Positions 41,862 to 55,662 of a DNA stretch of 64,000 nt are shown here, piece after piece (the stretch's first letter is position 1; each line of letters starts with the position of its first letter). This DNA comes from Selaginella moellendorffii (Eukaryota; Plantae; Lycopodiophyta), in contig NW_003314356.1 in NCBI RefSeq assembly GCF_000143415.4, positions 620,001-684,000 of the forward strand, read 5' to 3'. Position numbers and translations under genes: made by a program. The notes under the pieces were generated by a model. The model did not search any database. It saw only the letters and a program-made list of their open reading frames with translations, and was not told where the DNA came from.

Positions 41862-43536
41862 ATGGATGATGTGTTTTCGACTCCCGTGTGCATTGTGTAC
41901 GTGCATCCGGCGGAGGAGCGTGGTAGGAATGTGGACGATCTGCGTGCCAAGCTAGCATTCCGGGCCGTGCCATCCGACATCAAGAATTCGGGCGACCTTG
42001 TAAACTGGCTCAAGACGGTTCTTAAAGTGGACGCGGTCCTTAGCTCCAAGGGATGGATGGAAATTCCTACGCCAGATCCTGGCGCACACCTGCCCCCAAC
42101 ATTCGAGCTTCATCTCCGCAAGGTGCTCTTCACAGGTTTGATGTTGTTTGGCATGCTACTGTTCTCATACATTTCAAACAGATGCTTCTGATAACAGCAA
42201 GGAATGGGCTCGCACAGTGTTACAACCATTTCCGTTTGCTGTTCTCGACGTTGCTGGCTTGCGGAGAGCATTGGAGGAGCCACTCCCTTTGCCGCTTCCT
42301 GTTGGTCCTGCTACATATGCAACTCTGGACCCGAGCTATGCTACCCAGTTCATTCCGACCAACCAGTACCCCGCCGAGAGAATATCCGGTTGCGTAACAA
42401 ACTTCATGAACTCGAGAGTGGCGCTTGGCATGTCCGAGAATCTGCTGCAAAGTATCTGGGACTCGGCATTTTGCAACTTGTGGATGGAGCTGCTGTATCT
42501 GTCGGAGATTACGAGCATTCAGTTCAACCGGAACGTCACCGACCATTCTGGTGCTTCAACGACAAACGTCCGTCCTGATTTGCTGCTTTGGATCTTGAAC
42601 AGGCTGTGCGTCAAGTTCGAGGAGAAACGGGCAACTTTGGAAGAGGCGTACCAGGACCTGATAAATAAGCTTGGCGTACTTCCACCACAGTACTATGAAC
42701 CCGTCCAGTGGATAGTTGGGGTCGCATTAGCAGGTCCGGAGATGGCGGGGTGGGCTATGAGACAGGGGCAGACACCAGATGATCTGTTTGGGCGCTTAAA
42801 CATGGGGTCACTCAGGGACAAGACAACATGCTTACGGCTCTCCATCAACTTCCTTCGGATTGCCTTGACAATTTCAAGCATCTACTCCAAGCTGAATTTT
42901 CTGCCGAGGCCATTCAACGTGCTTCCTCCCGCCTTTTACGGTTCTCTCAGTCAGATAACCAGGACTCTGCGGATCGTCTATCCTAAGGTGATCAAGGAGA
43001 TTCGCCCCTGGTCGCAGCACGTTGCGGAGGGATTCACTACGACGGCTTTTGTGACGCAAGCGTACGGGCTTGGCGCTGTGGGGCTGGTGTCAGGTGTCGT
43101 CAAAGTGAGGGCTGAACGATACAATGTGGTCATTCAGTCGGTGGGATACGAGCAGATGATTTCCAGCGAAGAGGACTTGTGGCCGGCCGTTCAGAGCGCG
43201 CTTCACGGCCTACATGCGTTGCACCAGGGAGGCTTGGTTCACAGGGACATCAGATGGAAAAACATCCTCAAGCTTCCTGCTAGTAATGGGAGCTGGATGC
43301 TTATCGATCTTGAGACAGTATGGAAGACAGACTGTACGCCCAGTTGCTGGCTTCGCGCCTGGGACGACAACACATTGGTCGATGGCGTCTACACGCGGTC
43401 CTCCGATCTGTATCTTGTTGGAAGGCTTATGGAGAGCTTTCGTGATCTGTCACCTGAGGCCAAGGAGTTTCAGGCTAAGCTTTTACGGCACGAGTTCCTG
43501 AGTGCTCAGGAAGCGCTCCATTACTTGTCGCGTTGA
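41862..43536 (+). CDS. Crinkler/CR-effector-like protein: N-terminal header, PD-(D/E)xK nuclease-like domain and divergent protein kinase; 2 exons
   Basis: Intron 42136-42181 joins the two ORFs in frame; VRPDLLLW...VKFEEK nuclease-like motif; LHALHQGGLVHRDIRWKNIL...WMLIDLE...SDLYLVG kinase C-lobe. Confidence 0.75.
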
Positions 43537-45279
43537 TGGAAATGGGAAGTACTCTTTTAGCGTAGATGGTACGTATATATATACGCCCAGTATATATATA
43601 TTGAAATGTAATTCAGCTTTGTATCTGGTTTGGGTTTATTAATTTTTTTGTTTGCTTTGAGTTATATTTAGAATATACCATCTATTTGTTGTTATTCATT
43701 CTGCTGGCTTGGACCAAAATAAGTCTTTGAAAACGCTTTATTGGGATAGAAAAGTTATAGCTAATAGTGCAATATAGAATAAATTAGTGTATATCCACAT
43801 TATATTCTTAATATGTTGGAATGGATCAAGTTTATACCCAGTAAGTTTTACTTTTCACTCTTCACATTTGTTTCTTTACTTCTTTACATTCTTGCCTCTT
43901 TGTTTCTCTCTTTTCATAGCCAAGTGATTTTCCAGGGCTACTTGAGAATACAAAATTAAACATTGACAGAATGTTCTCAAGAACTGGAAGAACCAGCTTT
44001 CTTAATGCTTTGGATTCGAATTAATTATGAAGTGAGGTAATAATTGGTGGTATATGTTCTCTTCCAAGTTCTATTTTTTCTAGCTATCTTTTTGTATTGC
44101 AAGGAGTTTATCCATGGTAATGTTCTTGTTCAATCTAATGCAACAGTGAATGGTTTTCGTATGGCTTTTCTCCACTAGCAGTGTTCAAGATAATGAACTT
44201 CATCCTTGACAACATTGACACTGAAAGTGAACACCATTAAGATTTTTTGTTAGTGATACAGATAAATAAAGGAAAATCCTTGTATCGTATGCCATTAATA
44301 ATGTGGAGTTTATAGCCAGGACAAGGAGGAGCTGCATTGGAGGAGCAAATATCTAGGAAACCCCCTTCTCCTTGCACCAGCAATCTCATCCAATGGAGAA
44401 CATTGGAGCGATCCAAGGAACTTGAGTGTAAACTATGGTGGGAAAACTTTTCTTTTCATTAGTTGTATCATAGTGTTACATAGCCAATTATGTTTTCTAT
44501 GATGAATTGAATTTAAGTTTAGAAGGAAGATAAATATTAAAATCGGAAGAAATAGGTGGTGAAGTGAACAGATGTATGGTAAATTGTAGTGCATGTGATT
44601 ATGGGATGAGATTTAGATATACCTTGGTAGATAAATGCTCTCTTATCAAACAATTACCCTTTCTCCAGTTAGTTTAAGGGAAGAGAGATAGAGTGTGTTG
44701 TGTCTTTGAGCTACAGCTACAAAATGCTAGTTTTGCTTGATGAAACCTATTTGGTACACACTATAATAAAATCAAACATATAAACATGAAAAATACCTAT
44801 AAGTTGACAACAACTACTTAAAGCTTGTCAGCATTCAAGGTTATCATATGTTCTGCCATAGTCACCTATCTAGATAGCAAAGCATTGTGTCATATCTTCA
44901 ACATGTTACTTTTCCAGATCTTGCTGCATTTTAGTCACTCCTTGTCTCATCCAAGACTTGGGATCTGTTTAGATCAATGTTTATCAGTGCATTGTGTTAT
45001 AAAATACATAAGAAATACCTTTGGATAACTTTTCAGTCATAGACACTATAATATAAAGTGTTTCTTTGTTTTGAAGAGCTCTCCACAAATTTCACATTTT
45101 CTATCACAATCTTCTACAAAGTCTGAATTGTTCCACAACTTGAAAATGAGATGCTTCATGGCTGGTGCTCTTAGTTATAAACACAAACTACTCATGAAAA
45201 CTATGTGGAATTGGAATCAATATGATGTTTAATCAAGTGTTCTAGAGCAAGTAAACATCAAGAGAGAAAGCAAGAAGGC

Positions 45280-45740
45280 TAAAGGTACTGCTCATGTGTG
45301 ACTTATTTATCATATGGTAGACGTATTACTTACATGCAGCTAATTATGAATTTGCAATATCCCTCCACTACTCATGCAACTTTTCGTTTCCTAGAAGAAT
45401 TTCAATGCCAAGACCTACTAAAGGTACTACACATGCAATCTATTTATCATATGGTAAACTTATTACTTATATGCAGTTACTTATGAATTGCTGTTCCTTG
45501 CAAGGTCCCTCCTTATGCAACTTTTCATTTCCTGGAAGAATCTCACTATCAAGATCCTCCATTGCAGTAACACTAATAAAACATTGTTAACACCAAAGTC
45601 TCCATCTAGGAAAATGGAGGATGCCAATCCAAGAAACACCAACAACACCAATACATATGGCCAATCTCATCACATATACATCATAGTAATTATGACCACA
45701 TCCTTGTTTTTTTCCTTAAACACGAATAGCAACAGCCTCA
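45280..45740 (-). mobile_element. Decayed fragment of the same gypsy family (gag/zinc-knuckle region) with a local duplication of about 130 bp
   Basis: 45520-45700 is the diverged reverse complement of about 49820-50040; atttatcatatggta..attactta.atgcag occurs twice. Confidence 0.6.
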
Positions 45741-48680
45741 ACCTTGATCGGAATAAAATATCTACCACAAGAAGTGGAGTTAAAGGACATGTAGTTGAAA
45801 GTGAGATATTTATAAAGTTTATTGTTTAATATAATGCAAAGTAACTAATCAAATTTGAGCTTAAAATTTTATATATCAAAATCCTTACTATATTCTCAAT
45901 ATGTTAGAATGGATCAAATTGGGTATGTTATGCCCAGCACTTTGATAAAAGACATTACTTACTATATAGTAGTATTTTGTTGAGAATCAGATAGTTTCCT
46001 TGGGATAACCATATTATAACACAACTCTACTCTTTTATACACTAGAGTCAGTTACAGAATTCATCTTGTCTTATAGTGTTTAGATTGAAATTTTATAATT
46101 AAATCTAATAGTAAAATAAACTAGAATATACTAGAAAGTGTGTTTATAATGATAAATATATCATCATCATCATACTCATATATTTAAACAAAAGAGCCGG
46201 TATAATAATAACATATGCTAGGGAAACTTATTCTGGGCATATGCCAAGATCTAACAGCTGAGATATAATTACAAAAGGTTGTAACTTTTCAAATCAGAAA
46301 TTTTTTAATTGTGGCTTTTAGGGTTTGGAGACTAGGTCTGACTGGGCTAGACAAGATGGTGGAGACTCTCAGTTTAAGCCGACACTAGCAGCGGCTCCTC
46401 CAACAATGCAAATCAAGCAATTGAAGTTTGTTCCCCAGGGTGATCAAGCCAAGATTTACACCTTGGAAAATTGTCTATGGTGGCCAGGGCCATAGAGAGA
46501 TTTGCAATCACCCACCAACTCAAGGGCTAGGGTGACAACTCCAAGTTAATGAATAAGGAGATCTTTCTCCTTGTGAGTTGGATGAGGTTGACGATGAGTG
46601 GGAGGTATTTATCATGGAGGTCCAACAACCACTAAAAGAGTTCTCAGAGCCTCAATCAGAAATGGCAATCTTAACTTCAACCTACCAACGTGGGATAGTT
46701 TTCTTGCTGGCTTATATGGGAAAAAGCAGGACTAGATTGTGTCTGAATACAAGGGAGTGTGGGCCAGTGAGTGGCATTTGTGCTCATTGACCTCCCACAT
46801 ACTTTTATCCACCAAAAATCCCTGGGGAAATTGAAGTTAACGGGGGGGGGGGGGGCGCTGATCAAGGCCACATAGAGAGCTCATTGTCTGGAGGGTATAC
46901 AATCAGTCAGCAGAATATTTTTGGTGCTAGACATGGGAGCCATAGACGAGTAGAGACATTGGAGCAATTAGGCAATAACTCTATTGACTTTGGGGAGCAA
47001 CACCTCTCATTTGAGAAGAATTGCTGAATATACAAATGGACAGGCACCCAGGCACGTTGTCCACTCTTGTCTGCTACCATCACTAATAGAGCCATGGCAT
47101 GGTGTTATGATCAAGAAATAGGATCCTTGTTGCCACACTTTGAGCCAGGGAATCATGAAAAAGAGGTCATCAATGAAGAAAGCAGCTCCCAGAAACATAA
47201 AGAGACTGAGTCTACTGCTAGAGTGTCGTTGGTGGAGGAGGTCGTTAATCAGGAGAAAAGAAGTCCTGCATGAAGAAAGTAGTGACCGTGCCCCTCCAGA
47301 TGGAAGAAAAGAAGTTCCAAGCAGAACCATGACCTCTAAGCTTGGGTAGGCAGCAGGAGACATTAGCAAGGGAAAAGAAGCCTTATTTGAAGAAAGTAGA
47401 GATGTTGGCTACCAGGGAAAAGTGAAGAAAGTAGTGCTAGGGTGGTAAGTTTTTTAGCTTTTAGTAAGCAAGGGAATTTCTCTAGAGCTGTTGGAACCTT
47501 TTGGCAAGGAGACAAACTTTCTTGGGGGTGTCTATAGTGTTGATATCCTCCAAAGCCTCTTCAACTGCTGAACTGGATGAAAGCCCCCCTTGGTTCCTCT
47601 TCCCCACACAGCTGGCAGTGTTCCTCAGAAAAGTTCAGTCTCAAGAAGAACAAGAGTTCAACATCAAATCATCTTGCATGAGGGCTCCCCTCCTTGAGGA
47701 ACACATGCTTTGGGCTTTCACCAAAGCATGTACCAGGAGTTAGTCTCTGGGACTAACTTGAAACTTACTAATTATAGAATGACATTAGATTGTGAATTTA
47801 GACACGGGACGAACACCATTGTGTTCAAGACAATCTTTACATTCTGTTCATATGCCAAATTAGCTAATCTAGACATTTTTTATAAATAGTAATTGGGACC
47901 AAACAAGACTAATACAAGATATATGATAGTGAGGGTGTTTGGTAGACATAGTAAGCTATCATTTGACGAATATTGAGGGATCAAACTCAATATCGTAATG
48001 GTTCCTAACAATAGAAAGTGCAAGTCAACGAATGAGTTTTTCTAACTAAGTTAAGTATGTTTGACTAATAGCATTTAAGAATTTTATCCTTATGCTCATC
48101 TAGTCAAGTGCATATGCAAAGACTAGTTTCTGAATTAACTTAGGCGGAGACTAAAAAAGGGACAAGCAATATTGACTTTCTGCCATCACGACAGTAAAGA
48201 TAAAATATTTGAAAGGACTAGCAGACAAATAACTTTTGATACCCAAAGTTACATTTATGACATGCACTCACAATATAAGTTTTATGGAAAAAATTAAAAT
48301 TATCTAAATATTTGTATATAAATATTTATAACACTTTATATCATATCAAGGCTGATTGCTATATTTTTAGTGATGGATTTAATATTTCTATTTATTTATT
48401 TTACATTTTAATAAAACTTAGAAATGTGAAATTTATATTTTCTAAATTATAATAAATATTCTTAAAGGACTTTAAGTAGTTAATTTTAAATTAAGTTCTA
48501 CTAAATCTAAACTAAGAGTTTGTGAATCTTTTAAAGATACAATCACTACTTCTTTCCCTAAATTATCATTTCTTAAAGGGAAACTATTCACCAACATTAC
48601 TTATATAATCTAAGCATATAAGTTTTTTATTTATATTATTGTATGAACTAATATATAGTATATAAAACTATATTCCATGT

Positions 48681-51600
48681 TGTGAGGGCCAAGTGTACGG
48701 ATATGATGTTATATATTAATATTAACGTAGTGGGATTTTGGTAGCTATTGGATTGGTTTCAATCTGGACTGTTCGCTCCTATATATAAGCTAGGGTTTTT
48801 GGGCTAATTGAGATGCACATTTTCTGTATTCCCTTTTCATATTCCATGCACTCACATTAGTGGAGATGAAGGGCATCTTTGATTGTCCTTGAGGAGTGCT
48901 TGGATTTGGGATTTTGGTTTAGATTTAGCTTTTGCATCGTCTAGATTTAGTTTTTTCCATTTCCTTTTTTTGTTCTTTCCTTTCAGGATCTTGGTTTAGA
49001 TTTAGCTTTTTGCATTGTCTAGATCTCCATTTCCTTCTAGCTTTTTTATCATTTCTCTTATTTTACTCTTTCCTTTTCGTTCATCTTCATGGCAAATCAA
49101 GAATCTCCTCCTTTGACTCTGGAGCAACAGTTGGTACAATTGCTTGATGCTATGCATTTGCAATTGAACAACCAAACTCAGTTGATGGTAGCGTTCACGG
49201 CACATAGTACAACTCCTCCTGCTCTTGGTGTTAATCCTGGCGTTTGGCTGGAGTTCTTTCGCGGGAATCCTGGGGATGATGTGTACCATTGGTTCGATCA
49301 CTTCACGGTGATTGCTACATATCATTTTTGGGATGATGCTCAACGTTTGTGTGAGTTTCCCATGTGTCTCCAAGGGACGGCATTGCAATCGTACAATGGT
49401 TTGAGCACAGCCACTCGTGGGGATTGGAGTGTTCTCCCGGACGTCTTCAAACACATATTCGGACATGCCAACGATTGTGATGATGCCTTCTAACAATTGC
49501 ATCATCTTCACTAAAGGCCATCTAAGTCGGTGATGCAATTTGGTATTCGTTTCCGAAGTCTTTTGCTTCGTGTGGAGCCAAATATATTGGAATGGATCAA
49601 GCTAGGAATCTTGTGGCTAGCACTTTGTCAAGATCTTGTCGGACTTGTGCATGCACTTGCTCCCGCCACCCTTGATGATACTCTTCACTTGGCACAACGT
49701 TATGAGATGTTGCCTCTTCCACTTTTTGCTACACGTCCTTCCGCTCCCCTTCTTGTTTGCGATGGTCCTGTTCCAATGGAGGTTGATACTACTGCTCAAG
49801 TCCAAGGACAAGGGTGAGGACGTGGTCATGGCCATGATGTTCATTTCTGAGCATGTGATGAAGTTGGTCACACTTATCGGCATTATTAGCGTTTTTCAGA
49901 TTGGCAACCTCTATTTCCTGGGTGGAGACCTTGGCGTCAACAACGTCCTGTTGGTGCTATTGCAGTGGAAGGTTTGGACACCAAGATGCATCCGGGAAAC
50001 AAGGAGTCGCGCGAGTAAAGGAGGGGCCTTGCACGAATAAGTCAGTGAACCGCACCATCTTTCTTTCGGGAGTATCATCAAGGGGTTCACTCGGCATCGG
50101 TTCATCCAATGTTTACTTTCCAAGCTCGTTTTTATAACAAGAGGTCTCCTATTATTCTCTCTATATTGGTTGATACAGGTTCGAGTTTATCTTCTATTCC
50201 TCGACCTGTTGCCACACGTTGCCGTCTACACTTGCATCGTGTGGCGGAACCAGTTTTTATTCTTTATGGCAACGGCCGTACACATGCATGTGCACGGGAT
50301 GAGATGGACCTAGTTGTGCGTGTGGGCGATCTCAAACTTGAGTTGCAATTATTATGGGTGGTGCCGAGTCAAGCTTTTGACCTCATCCTTGGTATGGATT
50401 GGTTGCAGCGCAATCATGCCAAGTGTGACTTTGAGGCTTCTCCCCTTTGTCTTATACTTCCTTATATTTCATTCATTCCTCTCACTTCCATACCTCTTTG
50501 TCCTTTTACTTCCACCTCTACTTTTATTACTTTTGTCCCCCCACTATTTCCTTCTATGTTTCTATTTTGTTCTACTCTTCCCTTTTCCAATCCCTTTGAT
50601 AATTTTTGTGTTGTAGCAATTGATTGGCTTACGAAGGAGTATTCTGATCTCTTTGAATTTGACCTATCGTCTGGGGCCAAGATTGCCACACATCATCCGA
50701 TTCCAACTGGGGATGCTTGTCTAATCAACGTTCCTATTCATTGTCAGTCACCCAAAGAGATCAAGATTTTATGGGCAAATGTCAAGGAGATGTTAGAGAA
50801 GGGTGTTCGCGAGAAAGGTTCGCGAGGCTCAAAAGATTGAGCTGTGGATTTGAAGTCTTCAATATGTGTTTGAGAATCCTGCATCACTTGCTAATGACTT
50901 GCCTTTCCGGCATTTACATTTTCAATATCGCCTTGAAAACGGCCTTCTTTATTTTGTGGGGATGGATTTTAATGATCATTTACAGCTAGTGGTAACTTCT
51001 GTCTTTATTCCGCGGTTTCTCCATGCCTACCATGATTCTTCTGTTCTAGGTGGGCATATAGGACATCGTCGTGTGACTAAGAAGCCGCACAGGTCTTTCT
51101 ATTGGCCGGAGATGCAACGTAATATTATCCAGTATATGCATAACTACATTTGGTGCCAAGCTCGTAATACTCCCCCTCGTATCGCGGAAGGACGGTTGAA
51201 GTCAATTGTAGTTTTCCATCCATTTAAATTGGTGGTGTTTGATTTTATGGGACTTTTTCCACGGTCGACTGTTAGCAATGAGTATGTTATTATTGCTTTT
51301 GATTACTTGACTTGTTGGGTGGAAGTTGGTGCTCTTGCCAGCACCTTTGCAACTACTGTTGGATACTTCCTCCTCAATCAAGTGGTGTTCTAACATTCTT
51401 GTCTAGAGCGGATTCTTTCGGATAATGGTCTTGCATTTATGGCTGAGGCATTTTATGTTTTGATGTCTTGGTTGGGGATATGCCACACTTTTACAAGTGC
51501 TTATCATCCACAATCAGACAGACTAGTGGAATGGCTCATTCGAACGTTCAAAGGGATGATCGTGAAATATGTGAACTTTCAGCATTCGGATTGGGATAGT

Positions 51601-52361
51601 TATTTGCTATCTCTTTGGTATGCATATGTCATAGGGGTGCAAAGTTCTATTGTGCTTCACCATATAAACTCTTATATAGTCATGATCCAATATTACCAAC
51701 AGAGCTGGGCTTACCTTCGCGATTGCCACGAGCTGCCAATGCTAGGTCATGGGATCAATATTTAACGAGCATTCTTCCACTTATCTGAGCAGAGTCTGCC
51801 GAACACTTAGGCCGTGTACAAATGGGACAACAACAGTGCTACAACTCCTATCATCATCCACCTGTAAAGTACAAAGTGGATGATTTGGTGTTAGTTCGTT
51901 TTCCCCATCTTATGGTACGTGGTTTATCTAAGGGGCTCTTTGCTCAGTGGAAAGGACCATATCGGGTGTTGCGGTAAGTGGGACCACAAGTTTATGAGGT
52001 TCGGCATGACATCCAAAAGGCCAATCCTCCAGAGATTGTGCATGTACAGCAGTTGAAACGCTTTATACAAAAGGATCAAGAGTAGTTAATACCACTTACA
52101 GATTTGCTAATGCCTCCTCTTGATGTTCCTCCAGATCCCGGCCCATCTACAAGAGAACTTTAATGGTCTTCCATTATTCCGAGAGGAGGGAATGATAGTG
52201 TACGCCAAGGATGCTATATACTAATATTAGCATAGTGGGATTTTGATAGCTGTCTAATTGGTTTTAATCTAGACCACTCACTCTTGTATATAAGCTAGGG
52301 TTTTTGGGCTAATTAATATACACATTTTCTGTATTCCCTTTCCATATTCCAAGCACTCACA
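48681..52361 (+). mobile_element. Degenerate Ty3/gypsy LTR retrotransposon lacking RT/RNase H
   Basis: LTRs 48681-48856 and 52193-52361 both end in cactcaCA; PBS-like ttagtggagatg; PPT gagaggaggg; gag, protease ILVDTGSS...LILGMDWL, integrase GGHIGH..YWPEM, DFMG, SDNG, AYHPQSD; many stops. Confidence 0.92.
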
Positions 52362-53374
52362 ATATCAAATAAACTTATTTACATAAATGAGTTCTTTCTC
52401 ATTTTTTACCTTCATTTCAAGATAAATTTTCAACCTTCAATGTGAAGTTTCTAAGCATCCACATACTGTAGTTATAGAAGAACAAAAGAAAGAAGTGAAT
52501 TTATTTCAAATGGCTTACATTGTTAGTGTGCTCTAGAATGACAATGTACAAGAAGAATTCCCATCTTGAAATGTGCTTATAAATCCAAGAACTCAATGAA
52601 TGAGATCAACCTTAGATAATCCACCCTTTATTTTAGTGGCAAGGCCTCAACTTGTATTATCTAAACTCTAAAATAGTTAAAGGCATGTTTTAATCCGAGC
52701 TCATCAATCAGACATACATACAATTCCCAGCCACTAGTCTCCCCATAGTAAAATTCAGAAAACTTTGCTAACTAAAAACTTTTCCCCAACCAAGAAAAAT
52801 ATGGCACTTTGTTCCTAACTTGCAAAATCCAAATAAGTTTGCAATTATGCTTTGGCCACTTTGATCCAACAGAGTTTCTACCAAAACTAAGGCTAAGAGG
52901 CACTATGCCATATAAATTTCATTGCAATGTGTCTAAGCAAGAATTTAGTAAGTTACAAAAGAAATAAACAAGGATTATTTAACAAAATTCACTTTGTTGC
53001 CAATAGCTGTAATAGTAAGTTACAATCAAAACTCTTTAAAACACTTTAAAATTCATTAATAACTAAATGTAATCTCAATAGCATACTAAAATCATTCTAA
53101 AAACACTTTTAAATGTTGTTAAAACATTTTGTGAGTCATAGCCTAAGCCTTCTTTGTAATTGCCCTCTTTTAGTTCTTATGCAGATTTCTTCTATATCTC
53201 TAGTGCAAATTCTCCTCCCATGATTCCTAAAGAATATCCACACATTTCCAAGTCACACCCTAGACATAAAACAACTTCAACTTCAATGGTACAAACTCTT
53301 CTTTACCACCTTAGCTACAGAAAGGTGGTGGCATTACGATCAGATTTCCCGTGCTTAATCTCTTTTCGTCTGTA

Positions 53375-55598
53375 TCACCGTGCTAACAACTGACTTGGAG
53401 CTTGTCTTGCATCCCTGAGCTCTAGAACTTTGGAGCTCTCATCGAGCAGACCATGGCTGGCGTAGATGTTGGCCATCACCAAGTACGATGACTCCTCCCG
53501 GCTATCGATTCTCACCAGCTCCTGGAACGCGACTCTGGCCGCCTCCATGTTGCTCCACTTCTTGCACGAGCCTAGCAGCGTCATCCAAGTCACCAGATCC
53601 GGCTGCCATGGCATAGACGCGATCAATCCCATCGCGGCCTCCAGTTGGTTCGATCTTCCCAGCAAGTCCACCATGCAAGTGTAGTGTCCCAGAGCTCTAC
53701 TCGCCAGCGGCAAGCTCTCAAAGATCTCTCGTCCCTTGTCCACCAGGCCGGTGTGGCTGCAAGCCGCGAGGAGCAACAGGCTCGTGATACCATCGCCTCG
53801 CAGGCCTTCGTTTCTCATCCTCGCGAATGATGAGAAGACTCTCTCAGCGTCGCCTTGGTTGCTGTAGCCTGTCATCAGTGCATTCCATAGCGTAGTGTCC
53901 TTGTAGCCACTGAGAGAGTCGAAAAGCTGCTGAGCTATTACCGTGATCCCACACTTGCCGTAGAAGTGAACGAGAGAGACTGCCACCCCGGTGTCGTCCT
54001 CCACTCCTGTCCTGCAGGCTATGCCGTGAGCTCTCTTCCCAGATTCCACAGCGACGAGGATGGAACTTGCTTTCACAGCCGCTGTGAGAGTCCGAGCGTC
54101 CAGTAACGCGTATCCCTGTGCTTGATCAGCCTCCATGCGACTAAAGAGCTCCAGTGCCAGTCTACTCTCGCCGTTCTCCACATATCCTGCCAGGAGAGCG
54201 TTCCAGGATATCACGTTCCTGTCTGGAATGCTGTCAAACACCGCTCGGGCGTCCTCCAGGCTGCCGCACTTGGCATACATGTCGATGAGCGTGTTGGCAA
54301 CGAATACGTTTGTGTCACAACCAGTGCTTACGCATTGGAGATGGATAGCTCGGCCTTTTTCCAGGCACTCTTTCCTTCTTCCAGCGTCTTTTGCTCCTCC
54401 ACTTTGTTTCTTGGCAGCCGAGCTCGCGCAGGCCATCAGCGCAGCGACGTAGCTTCTCAGGTTCGGAGAGAGTCCTCGAGCCACCATTCTTTCGAACAGC
54501 TCCAGTGCTAGCTCTGGCTCGCCATTGATCTCGCAGCCCAGCACCATAGCAGTAAGTGACACTACGTCGTGCCGGAGCATCCTGCTGAAAGCCATCCAGG
54601 CGTCTTCCAGGCTTCCACACTTGGAGTACATGTCGATCAACGAGCTAGCCACGAATATATCCTTCTGATAGCCATTTCTCGCCGCTAGCGAGTGAAGTGC
54701 CATGCCTCTCTCGAGGTACTCCATCTTCACGAGCTTGCCATCAACTTCCCTGCCATCTTCTCTCGCCGACAGATTCGAGCACGCCCTCAGTGCAGCTACA
54801 CAAGCCTGAGCATCTGGAGCCACCCCTCGGGACTGCATGGCTTGAAACAAAACAAGCGCCATCTCGCTGTCACCCGAGTCTGCGTAGCCGACCATCAACG
54901 TAGTCCATGTCACGACGTCAGGCGATTCTATTCGATCAAACACCCTCCGAGCATCCACCATCGCCCCGCATTTCGAGTACAGTTCAACCAGGCTGCTGGC
55001 CACGTAGAGGTTGGAGACCAAGTTGCTCGCTGCTGCCGAGGAACTGATAGACACCCCTTTCTCCAACCAAGTCTGCTTTCCTTGGCCGTCTTCTTTCTCT
55101 GCCATTGTAGCACACGCCGCAAGTGCCGCCACGAAACTTCTTGCGTTGGGCTGGCAGGACGTCTGCATTCGCGCAAACTGCTCCAGAGCTAGCTCGGCCT
55201 GTCCGTTCGAGATGTGTCCCATCATCAAGGCGTTCCAGGATACCACGTCGCGGTGAGGCATGCCCTCGAAAACCATGCAGGCATTCGCCATGCTGCCGCA
55301 TTTTGCGTACATGGTCACCAAGGCAGTTGCGAGAAAGACGTCGGTGTTGTCAGCATTTGTATTGGAGTGGATTCTCTTACCGATCTCGCAATCTCTCAAG
55401 ACAGTGCACGACTTCAACGCAGCAGAGAAAGAGGGTTCGATGTCATGCTCTCGAAGACTGAGGGAAAACAAACAGTGAGTTAGAGACCATGAAATAAGGT
55501 GAACTTTAGAGCACAAACCATACGAAGGATCCGAATAGCGGTTGGTGACGACCCACTGAAGAAACAAGAACCCTCGAGCGCCAACAACTGGAAAACAT
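53375..55598 (-). CDS. PLS-class PPR protein with E domain and no DYW; probable short first exon encoding a targeting peptide
   Basis: Long PPR ORF; proposed start MFSSCWRSRVLVSSVGRHQPLFGSFVC at 55598, joined in frame by an intron of about 60 nt; ends SYLVMANIYAS. Confidence 0.9.
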
Positions 55599-55662
55599 AA
55601 AACACGATGAATGTGTTACAAGACCTACCTTGAGAGCATATCTTGAAAGGCAGAGTCGTTGA

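Noticed and set aside
44100-44420. Protein-like fragment containing YAINNVEF (multicopper-oxidase-like?)
   Set aside because: Multiple stops and too short to assign.
46300-47760. Possible further transposon, including a 15-G run at about 46842
   Set aside because: No terminal repeats, target-site duplication or transposase motif could be identified by eye.
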